A stretch of DNA of 61,906 nt, counting the filler, from Nemertoderma westbladi (Eukaryota > Animalia > Xenacoelomorpha), in the NCBI GenBank assembly GCA_032718475.1. It is 4 parts of 4 records of this genome, joined end to end, with 100 filler letters (N's around TTAATTAATTAA, not from the genome) between each part and the next. Parts side by side here need not be neighbours in the genome. Positions count along the whole stretch, not along the records: positions 1 to 22,041 come from JAUCBJ010007523.1; positions 22,142 to 38,512 come from JAUCBJ010002669.1; 2 more parts are not named here. One strand, given 5' to 3'. Made by a program: the position numbers and the translations under genes. The notes below the pieces were generated by a model, which worked only from the letters and a program-made list of their open reading frames with translations, did not search any database and was not told where the DNA came from. This document shows, piece after piece, positions 13,201-23,385 of this stretch; positions within the stretch are counted from its first letter, which is position 1; each line of letters opens with the position of its first letter.

Positions 13201-13360
13201 GAGTATCCATCTGCCATAAATCAGCAGTTACTCTCACAATTTCGAGACTAGTACACAGTCAGACAGTACGGGTGTACAGGCAATGGTACCGGTAGCGGTA
13301 AGCCCAAGCCCTGCCTACCTCCACCCAGTGCTCCACACGCAAACACGGACACGGAAATAA

Positions 13361-16103
13361 TAATAATTATTATTGCAGCTGACTGTTCGATTACTATTTT
13401 AAAATTACCGCCACAATAAATTGATTTGAAATTCACTTCAGGGGGGTTAGTTTAAAACAGCATTATTTAACAGTTTAAAACATCTTAATTCAATTATACA
13501 GATTATTTAATTTAAATTATTAAAAGATTAATTTAAAGATTATTCAAATAACAGCCAGCACTATTTGACAGAGCGGACACAGAATATAACATAACTTTAC
13601 AAACACAATAGCCGGAGGAGTCGACTTTGTAATAATAATTGCACTTAAACACAACAGTAAAGTACCGGTAGGCCTATACCGTACCTTAAGTAAGTACCGT
13701 TAATGCTAAAAATCATAACTAATTACTCAAAAATATTGCATAGATGGTTGGTCTTGAATGGCCAAGTCTCAACGAAAATTAGCACAAAATCTCAAAAACA
13801 GAATAAACGATCTGAAAATTAAATAATTATTTTGGAAATAAATCTGATTAAAGATTATAATAATGTTATAATAACGTTGCAGTAAAGTTATTAAATCAAA
13901 GATTATTGAGTTATTGAAAATAAATTGCAACAAAACTATAATAGCACCTTATTAACGATTATGATTCCGACGCAACGAATTTCCTTCAGCGAGATTAGCG
14001 GCCGCCGCATCTTCGGAGTGACGAGCGGTTACTCGATAGGCTGCCAACTCCTGGCGAGCTGTTGTCAGCTGCTGCCGCAAGTTAAACCTTTGCAGCATAA
14101 CCGCGGCCCATTCGTCCTGTATAGATTTTAGCATAGCCGGGCAGGTGGTTGCGGAAGGAGGTATCGGGTTAGGCCAAATCGACGGGTTGATTTTTATATC
14201 AACTAACATGTCAATGGTTAGAGGCTCGCCGTTTATAGGGTCGCATCCGCTCTCCTCAATAAATTTTTCGATGAGTCGACGTTCGAACACGAAGTTCGAG
14301 GTTGGACAAACAACTGGATTATCTGGTACTTCGTGTGATATCGAGCAATACATATACCTTGCCATTATTGCTGTTTTGATTGCTACAGTATTAGGCTATC
14401 AGTACAGTGATAGGGTACAGTACAGGATAGTGATTAGGCCTACTGTATTACCGGTACCTGATGATGACTGATTTACAGGATTTACTGCAGTATAGCAGAA
14501 TAACGTAACTGCAGAACTGGGGTGATATGTTGTAGCGGCCAGGCTACTGTGCGGCTGAGCGCGTTAAAATTTTGGTGCGGCGGGTTGAAATATTGCAGTA
14601 TGGCGGTGTTTTGTATTACGCGCACAATCGAGCATACTAGGGTTGAAAATGACTTGGGTGTGATTAAGTTCAGTTTTATTTATTATCAATTATTGTAGGG
14701 CGATAGTTCATTATTTTCAATAATTCGATAAAATATTATTATATAATTTACAATTTACCGGTAATTAAATAGAATTGTTTGAAAACTGCGTTAATAAACT
14801 GTTAAATAGGGGTATTATCAAAAGGTTGGGAAAAATTCGTCTGTTTTGGTAAAGTATTGAAAATGAAAAATAGGTGAACCGGTAATGGTAAAAGTAAAAC
14901 AATAAATTTAAGGTCTGAATAAGGGGCAAGGGGGGACTCGATTGAGCGGTGAAACACGCTGCCTAACAACCGACCAAAATTATCAGTGAAAAAGGATCAC
15001 TTAATAAAGATTCTGAGCTTTTTTATAGTAATTTGTGCATTAATGGGTTTCCCGATATATTACTCGATAATTAACGGTCAAAGTTCAAACACTGGCATCT
15101 GAATGATATTGCTGAATTAATAATTACGGGTATAGCCAATAGGATAGCCGCACTGTATCAACTGCTAAATCAGGGCAAAATGCATCTATATTGGATATAG
15201 TGAATGCTCATACAACGCTGAGTTGCATTCTAAGTACAGCGATTGGATCGGTCATTCAAAAAACCCCACAAAGAATGAATGAATGTAAAAATACATGAGT
15301 TTGTTTGAAGGTAATCCAATCCAATTAAGGCGGCCCTTCTGATGAAATGATAAATGATATGCGGGATTTAATGAATAACCAAACCAAGAACTGCACAATA
15401 AAATGGTTGTATGCGTGGTAAGGGCAGAATAATTGGCAATTGAATTCATTTTATCTATGTGAAACTGCCCATGTACAAACTTCCCAGACACCGGGAGGGT
15501 GCCGAAAATTTCAGGTCTGCCGTCATTCTAATGCCTGGAAAAGGTGAGTGATCAAAATGGTAACGGAATAGCCCAAAATGCACAAAAATAACTATAAATA
15601 AATATCATTCTAGCATTTTAGAAGTTTGAGTTTGGCCGTCGGCGCAACGTGAATCGCTAATTAATTGAGAGGGTTCTGAGAGGATTATTACTAAATACAG
15701 TATGTACGTGGATATTAAATGCTTAAAGATAATAATAATTTAAAACAAATTACAGTATAAGACGTTATAATAATAATAAAATAAATAATTATATGTACTG
15801 GAAAAAGGTTAATTACTGTCATGGGTAAAGGGTTCGGTGGCAACATTATAGGGAAAATGGGCTTAAAGCCGCACCACGCATAGTGGGCAAAGCCGCAACA
15901 AAAGGATAATGGGCTCTACCGCCGCAACAATGGTCACAACTACTACTGGTAGGTTACGAAACTGAAAGTATAATAATTATTATTGCAGCTGACTGTTCGA
16001 TTACTATTTTAAAATTACCGCCACAATAAATTGATTTGAAATTCACTTCAGGGGGGTTAGTTTAAAACAGCATTATTTAACAGTTTAAAACATCTTAATT
16101 CAA
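13361..16103 (+). repeat. 133-bp direct repeat pair (13361-13493 and 15971-16103)
   Basis: Identical TAATAATTATTATTGCAGCTGACTG...CATCTTAATTCAA blocks. Confidence 0.9.
13952..14365 (-). pseudogene. PRPF19: Truncated PRPF19-like copy (U-box plus coiled coil, no WD40); pseudogene or short paralogue
   Basis: CSISHEVPDNPVV...FERRLIEKFI...DPINGEPL...PPSAT...IQDEWAAVMLQRFNLRQQLTTARQEL matches the Prp19 N-terminus; lacks SHALYQHD and stops at 137 aa. Confidence 0.8.
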
Positions 16104-16420
16104 GCAGCGCAGCACTGATAAAAATATTATGACAATAATGTTATAAGTGATTAAACGGAACAATGGATGGGCAGATGAGGAGAAAATAGAAAAAACAGCT
16201 CGTTTTTGTTATATTTCGGACTCTTTACGGGAGGCCGTCGTCGTCCGTCAGGCAGTACCGGTATTGTATTGACGGAGTACCGGTCCGGTACAGTAACGGA
16301 AAACACTGCACATATTTAAAAATCCCGCTTTTGTGCAAATACATATAGGCCTACTGAAGCGATAATTCAATAAAGTACAAATGCAAATATTTTTGGTATG
16401 TAATATTTTTGGTACACAAT

Positions 16421-17370
16421 TAATAATAATAATAATAATAATTTATTTATAACGCGCCTTTTAAGGGCAATAAATCAAGGCGCAGGTACGCGTACACAAT
16501 TAGTTAATTACGTATTCTAACGAAAAGTAGTGTGTTTTCAGCCGCGACTTAAACAATTCCACGGTGTGTGCACTGCGGACCGAATAAGGGAGAGCGTTCC
16601 ATAAACGGGGCCCGGCAACTGAGAAAGCCCGCCTCCCGTAACTTTCTAGCCGATAACGAGGCGCAACCAGAGTTAGTTCATCATCACCTGGACGCAGAGA
16701 ACGATGAGGAATGTACCGGGTCAGCAAATTCTTTAAATAGCTCGGAGCGTAGCCATTGATACACTTATATACTATAAGTACAATCTTAAAGTCAATGCGT
16801 CGCAATACAGGCAACCAGTGGAGATATTTGAGCACAGGTTTAATATGTTCTCGTTTCTTTGTGCCTGTTAGTAGGCGCGCCGCAGAGTTCTGGACATATT
16901 GTAGTTTGTTTATATATTTGTCTGGCAATCCATAATATAACGAATTGTTATTGTCTAAAGAGCTGGTGATAAATGCGTGGATTAGCGTTTCGAGGTCATG
17001 TTTTGCTAAACACCGCCGTATTTTTGATAGATTTCGGATGTGGAAAAATGCACTGCGAACAGTTAGAGATATTTGCTTACTGAACGTCATATAATGATCC
17101 ATAGTAAAGCCGATATTGCGGGCATCGGTGCTGCAGCCCACCACGTCGATACCAATACGTATTTGTGGGTTGTCAACTGATGTGCCAAATCGCGACTGCA
17201 GTAGCAGCGCTTCGGTTTTCTCGGAGTTCATCTTGAGCATATATGTGTACATCCATTTCTGAATATCATTTAGGCAATCCTCAGTCACCTGAACTGCTGA
17301 ATCAATATTTACAGATTTGAAACTGATATATATTTGAGTATCATCAGCATACAGATGGTATGATAAACCA
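16421..17370 (-). mobile_element. 5'-truncated CR1/L2-type LINE (RT C-terminus and tail)
   Basis: GLSYHLYADDTQIY at ~17330-17370, ORF 16500-17288 (HWLPV..RIDFK, FKSRLKTHYF), (TTA)n tail at ~16421-16445. Confidence 0.9.
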
Positions 17371-17655
17371 TCTGTATGTTTTACATACAGACATACATTG
17401 AGCGCAATTGCGGTAGGCCCTATCGCAAATGTTCAACGGGGTGAACATTTGCGCTCATTTGCGCCGATAACTTTAGTATGCGACACGAATGCAAATATGT
17501 AAACTTTTTGGAGGAAAGGATCTGTACTATACGGAGGCTGATCTTTGCCAAGTAATAAATTTTTTTTTCAATGTTTTTTTTCATAAGTTCTCCATGGTCG
17601 ACCAAAAATTAACTTACGGTCGACCATAAATTATTAATTTTTGGTCGACCATAAA

Positions 17656-17852
17656 TTAATTTCTGGAAGTATGAATTTTCCGGTACCTTTGTAGGGCGAG
17701 ATTTGGACAGGCCATTAATTTGTTAGGGTATTGGGAAAACAGCCAATTATACGTTTATTTGAATGTAATTACTAAAGTACCCAATGAATGGCCTGTCCAA
17801 ATTTCGCCCTACCAGGAACCGGGAAATTCAAACTTCCGGAAAGTAATTTAAT
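17656..17852. mobile_element. Hairpin MITE
   Basis: Imperfect ~60-bp inverted arms (GTAGGGCGAGATTTGGACAGGCCATT / AATGGCCTGTCCAAATTTCGCCCTAC). Confidence 0.7.
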
Positions 17853-18239
17853 AGCCCATGAATTTCTTGAGACGTCTCGTATAGGACACTGGCCTTGAAG
17901 ATGCGGATAATCTCGTGAGAGTCATGGATGATAGCTGATAGCACTGATAGGTCGTTTTATAAGCGCAAGTTTGTTTATAAGCAGGTATAGCATTCTTAAC
18001 GCAGCTGCAAATGCAGCATACCGATTATATATAGATAAATGGTAAAGATACACTGTTTCTTTCTCATTTATTAAATTTGTATATGTATTCATACTGTGTA
18101 TACTGTAAATGAATGAAAAAGTCGCATTGGACAAACTAGTATTTATTACAGATTATAATTCATCAACTTATAAAAATTTACTGTCCATTATAGAATAATC
18201 AATAATACTGTACATCCAGTTACAATAAAATAATCAATT

Positions 18240-18635
18240 TAATCTGTCTTTGGTTTCAGTAACTGCAACTTGAAGGAGAATTTTATCATATATAGACAGA
18301 TATAGATACGATAGACACGATATAGACAGAAAGAAAACCTTTACCTTTACCAATACCATACCCATTGGGGTTGAACTTAACACACATTTTGTATCCATAC
18401 ATAGACGTATAGAAGGGTTCCGAATCTATACTCAATACCTTTCCTTCTTTAGCTTCAGGCAAAATCTTCCTTTGAAAATCTGATATTTTCATTAAAAGGA
18501 CTCCTTTAGTAGCACGCTCTTCAAATAATTTTATCTGAGCACCTTGCTCAGATAATTTACACTCAATATTTGCCAACTGCTCGTAAATTGGAGAGATACG
18601 CCTATTCCTACTATCGGAAGAGACGGTAACAATAC
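18240..18635 (-). pseudogene. TRAF-family coiled-coil/MATH exon, disrupted
   Basis: GVLLMKISDF...SIDSEPFYTSMYGYKMCVKFNPNGYGIGKG..LSVYI is a TRAF MATH start; TTGCAG acceptor at 18636; frame breaks in a small duplicated motif and stops. Confidence 0.75.
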
Positions 18636-20054
18636 CTGCAATATCCTACTGTAAAGTTTGTAAATCAAATCATAAATCCGACCTTCTCACCAAAACAGTA
18701 AACCCTAAGTAAGCGAATATATATTGCAGTATCGATCTCTTTTAACCGGTGAGGCAGAAAACAGTCTACGAGCAGACAAACTTCGATAAAACAAAATCCC
18801 GCGCAGCGAATCCTAAAATCAGGCTGACTCACTGACGGACTAAGGGGCTCGTATACTTTGCCGCGGTGTGATTTATATGGTTGGGCAAAGGGACGCTAGC
18901 TAGGTACAGAGCAGATTTGGAGATGTCTAACTAGCGAGCAAAGTGCAGTAAGGACGAAAGTTAATTTTATATATTTTGAGGTGTAAATAATTTCTAACGC
19001 GCGCGTGTCAATTCTGAATGGTCAAAGCAGTTTTGCTCCCTCACATATATAATTACTGGGTACGGTGTGCATTTTACGAATATTCTAATTTTGTAACTTG
19101 TAGGTCCAATACTCACGAATGGTAAGGTTCCTTCCCCTCTTGCGTATTTCCAGGACTCAAATTCAGGCATAAGGTTAATACTACGCCCAGAATTCGGCAA
19201 TTTTAGGTACCAGGTCCCTGATACTAAGAAGAGATGTGTTAGTTTACTACTGTAGGCGTACAGGTACTAATAGCTATCCTGGCTCTTATCTAGAATTTTA
19301 GTCACCCAGGTAGTCCGGGTAACTTCCTATTAGGGCGTTGGCGGGGACACGGTAGATGTTAGTATATCCCTGATAGCCTCAATTTATTTGCGCCTAGCGT
19401 AAACTGCCCTACCGCCTGAACGGTACAATCCCAATTCAGGTGAAAACACAGCAACCCCCTAGCCTACAAGTTCTGATGTAATGGACACAGTCGTACTGCA
19501 AATAGTCGCACACACACCTGTACTTAGCAAGAGTTAAGCGTACAGTTTGCTGCACCCTAACCAATGTGTATGCCTTGTACCGGTGTGCCTACGTCCTATC
19601 TGCGTACTAGTATCTGCTCTCTCTCCCTCCCCCCGTAGGAATATGAAGGTCTACTGCGGTTTTTCCTGAATCAAGACAGTACAGTCCCTATGATGTAATT
19701 TTAGGCTCACAGCGTGTCACTACGTCTACCCTTTTGATCTTTTGGTCTTACACTTAGGTAGCAAGGATCGAACGCTGTCTAACCTTTCAGGCGATGGGCG
19801 AATAACTCTAAATGGTATTGCGGGTTGTCTCTCGTCTACATTCCCGTGATGTTCCCGTTCATTGCTGCGGCCCGATCTCTAGCTGGCCATCCCGTCCCTG
19901 AGTTTGTTCACCGTAGCGAAACCATAGTAAAACAGATAGAAAAGCTGAGATGTGACTAGTATTTCTGACTTTTATTACAAAAGATACAATTATAATACAA
20001 TGTAATCTGAGAATAAAGATTGTGATATAAGATTGATAACTAATGAACAAATCG

Positions 20055-20210
20055 CACCTTTATATACTAAATTTGTGCCGCAATCAATCGAGAAAATTCT
20101 CGATTGTTCTATGGGTTCTAACAAGGTTTTAAAGATAGCTATTGGTCCAGCTAATATATAACTTGCACGACATTGGTTACAATCAAATAACTACAGTCTC
20201 ATTGGTACAG
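20055..20210 (-). promoter_or_regulatory. Pol II promoter-like module: three CCAAT boxes ~30 bp apart upstream of TATATAAA
   Basis: ATTGG on + at ~20141, ~20172, ~20201; TTTATATA at ~20059-20066. Confidence 0.45.
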
Positions 20211-20274
20211 ATAAATGCAATTAATTTGTAGCGGTTAATTTAAATGAGTTGAAATTCTGCACAAAAAATAATTC

Positions 20275-20349
20275 GCACTTACTAGGATTCGAACTCGATA
20301 CCTACTACACATATAATTTCCAACGCTCTACCAACTGAGCTACTGAACC
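20275..20349 (-). other. tRNA-derived sequence (pseudo-tRNA / SINE-like head)
   Basis: Box A TAGCTCAGTTGGTAGAGCG and box B GAGTTCGAATCC at tRNA spacing; acceptor and anticodon stems do not pair. Confidence 0.7.
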
Positions 20350-21378
20350 ACTTGACCGATAGATGCACAAATGACAGAACCAATACGAGTGAGAACTCAA
20401 AGCAATCTTTACAAAGTTAATCCGAATAAAATAAAATTTTGAAAATCCACGGCATTTAGGGAATATAATTCTATACCGCTCCATGAAAACAGGATATTAT
20501 CGTGCATAAAATATACGGTTTTCACCAATAATCAATCAAACTATAGAATACTTAGGGCGTACTTACATATTTACAATTAAGTTTCAAACAATACTTCCTT
20601 TCTACGTAATGATTCGATACAAAATAATTACAAATTCAAACTTTACGTATTTATGGCTTTACTAAGTAAGTACAATATAAATCTAAATTAAATTCACCAA
20701 TATAAATCTATTGCATCTCAGATATTGCATAAATTCAAACAATTACAAATACAAATAAATGAAAACAATAAGAAAGGCTCGCGAGTCTTCCATCTACTAT
20801 TGCATCCCAAATATTGCATAAATTCAAATAATTACAAATACTTTCGTACCTAAATGTAGATTGCATAAGTTTGGAATAATTACAAATATGAGTCTTTCTG
20901 AGCACAAAATTTTCTGTCTATAAAACTTTCTCTTTAGGTACAAATACTGCTTATAAAATATAAATTGCATAATATTCGGAACAATACAAATTGCATAAGT
21001 TTGGAATAATATAAATTGTATAAGTTCGGAATAATTACAAATATAAATATAAATTCTTACAAATATAAACTCTCTTTGGGTAGTCTTACTAAATATAGAT
21101 ATAAACTGCATAAGTTTAGAATAATATAAACCTTTGCATCTCAAATATGAAACATAAATCTTTCAAATATAAGTTCCTTCTAAACTTTCTAAATTTCATA
21201 AATTCGGAACAATACAAATTGCATAAGTTTGGAATAAACACAAATATAAAATATAGGTTTTACTAAATATGAGTCCCTTTTAGAGTATAAAACTTTCTAA
21301 ATATAAAACATATAATTCAAATAAATCACAAATCATAAGAAAGGCTCACGAGTCTTCCGTCCACCCTTGCCCTCCCTT

Positions 21379-22041
21379 TTATCGCTTAGTTGATCGAGCC
21401 CTGCCGCGTCCTCGAAAACTGCGCACAGGTGACTTTGCTCGCGATATGGGACTTGTGGGGCGAGTCACTGGTTTACTTGGGACGTTAAGAGACGGTGCAA
21501 CTATTTCCTCGCAAATTCGTCTATTTGGCATCCCAAAACCTCGACCAATTCCTCGTGACCGATCAGTCGTCACTACAGTTGGTAGAACGTCTGGGAACGC
21601 GTGAGAAGCGGACGACGCAGACCCAAGAGTAGCTTGCGCCCCCTGTTGATCAGCTGGTGTATGTCCCGATCCTCCTACCGGTTCTCTTGGAAGTGATACC
21701 GTATCCCGAGTGACTCGAATAGTCGGCTCAACTCCCTTGCGTTCTTCCACATTAATAATTTTCTTCAATTGTTGGCCCACTTTCTGGACCCGTATGATCC
21801 TACCCTGCCCGTCCTCCCGAGGGTGACGTGCAGACGGCGCAACCGGAGTGGCTGGTATATTCGTCGCCTCTAGGACCTCTTCTTCCTCGAATACGCTCGC
21901 TCGTATACGTTTATGGTAAAACGCGGCTCGGTACGCCCATGCGACGGTTAACCAAGCTCCCTTGTTCCGCTTTTCAGTTCGGAAACGATCAAATTCACCA
22001 TACGTGATACGATTTACGACTTTCTGAAAATTCCACGTGTT
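21379..22041 (-). CDS. 5'-partial ORF of unknown function, basic low-complexity C-terminus
   Basis: Frame is open from the contig edge (NTWNFQKVVNRITYGEFDRF...) to the stop at 21379; GC-rich relative to flanks. Confidence 0.5.
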   Translation of the reverse strand, partial: NTWNFQKVVNRITYGEFDRFRTEKRNKGAWLTVAWAYRAAFYHKRIRASVFEEEEVLEATNIPATPVAPSARHPREDGQGRIIRVQKVGQQLKKIINVEERKGVEPTIRVTRDTVSLPREPVGGSGHTPADQQGAQATLGSASSASHAFPDVLPTVVTTDRSRGIGRGFGMPNRRICEEIVAPSLNVPSKPVTRPTSPISRAKSPVRSFRGRGRARSTKR

Positions 22042-22141
22042 NNNNNNNNNNNNNNNNNNNNNNNNNNNNNNNNNNNNNNNNNNNNTTAATTAATTAANNN
22101 NNNNNNNNNNNNNNNNNNNNNNNNNNNNNNNNNNNNNNNNN
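22042..22141. other. Artificial contig spacer
   Basis: N-run with central TTAATTAATTAA. Confidence 0.98.
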
Positions 22142-23385
22142 ATTAGTCGTAGAACGTCAATGCAAGCAGAGGAGTGCGATTTCCGTTGCATTCCGAGTCC
22201 TTTTCAGTCCTTTTTTTTTTTTTAATAACTTCGTAGATCACAAACCTCGATCCGTCAGTGTCGGTCCTTCGCAGAGCGCTATGCTGATTGTTTCCAAGTC
22301 CTTTTCAGGCTCGTACTACGCACAGTAAAAGAACCCACTGGGGAATAAGTTGTCCTTTGCACTAGGCTAGGCCTGGGCTAGGCTGTCAGGAACTCTACCA
22401 AAATCTAAGTAAGCCAAGTACTTGATTCCTTGGACTTCAGGGCCCCTTTGAACTTTGAAAAGCCGACAATTTCATGGTCAGCTTTCCTGAAAAACAGCCC
22501 GTAATCGAATAATTTTTGGTTTTATAACTTCTAGTTTTTTGCCCACTTTGCCCGGGTATATTTGAAATTTTCATTTGGGATTAATTGATAAATTTGGTGG
22601 ATACCCGGTGCGAAATTGAAATAACGCGAACAAAACGTTTGGATAATTAACTAAATTCTTAATATGATATCTACAATTGGGGGGGGGGGGGGGGGGGGGG
22701 AAGTGTCCGTGGGGGGAAGTGTCCTACTTGGGCGGGGGGGGGGGAAGTGTCAGGGGGGAAGTGTCCTACTTGGGCGGGGGGGGGGGGGGAGGGGGTGTCC
22801 TAGATCCGCACATCTACCTCTAGAGTAGGTCGTAAAATTAATTATGTCGCACATTATAATTTCATCAACTTTGACAATTAACCCTATTAGTACCGGGCTA
22901 TAAAATGCTGTACAAATACTGGGGGGGGGGGGGGGTCACATTGACCCCTCCCTCTCCTCTAACTATTAATAATATTATTAACTATTATAATATTAACGAA
23001 AACGTCTGATTTTTTGTTTGTATGTAGGTATCACAAGTCTGGATCAGACCGAAAAAAAATTTTTCGAAAAAATGTACTGGGGTGGTAATATTGCAGCACC
23101 AAAATTACAAGTAGTGCACAATTTTCACAAAATTTGAAAGTTACATTTTTCGGCTAATTGTTTTTCAATACAGGTTTTCTGGGGCGCAAAATATATTGGA
23201 AAATATTTAAAAATGATATGATTACCATAAATGGCTGTTTAGTCCACTATGCGTAGGAAAAAAATGTCGCGAACCTCGCGCCCCGTATCCAGTAGTTCCT
23301 TAACCGTATTTCCAGACTCTATCCCGTCGTCTACATAGAAGCGGCATCGAATCATATCGACGGCTTTGGCGCTGTATTTATCTTC

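Larger units (their letters stand above)
18659..20575 (-). mobile_element. Possible long LTR-like segment (3' end of a retroelement)
   Basis: TGTAAAT...ATTTACA inverted ends, internal CCAAT/TATA promoter and AATAAA; no partner LTR visible. Confidence 0.3.

Noticed and set aside
19905-19925. TGGTTTCGCTACGG as a primer-binding site
   Set aside because: Not preceded by a CA LTR end and not matched to a tRNA 3' end I recognise.
20275-20349. Functional tRNA gene
   Set aside because: Only boxes A and B match; acceptor and anticodon stems cannot form.
22086-22097. TTAATTAATTAA palindrome recurring three times
   Set aside because: Six-frame-stop linker inside N spacers; artificial, so synteny across spacers is not trusted.
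22150-22400. Possible SINE body (GTAAAAGAACCC motif)
   Set aside because: Head is cut by the contig edge and there is no second copy to support it.
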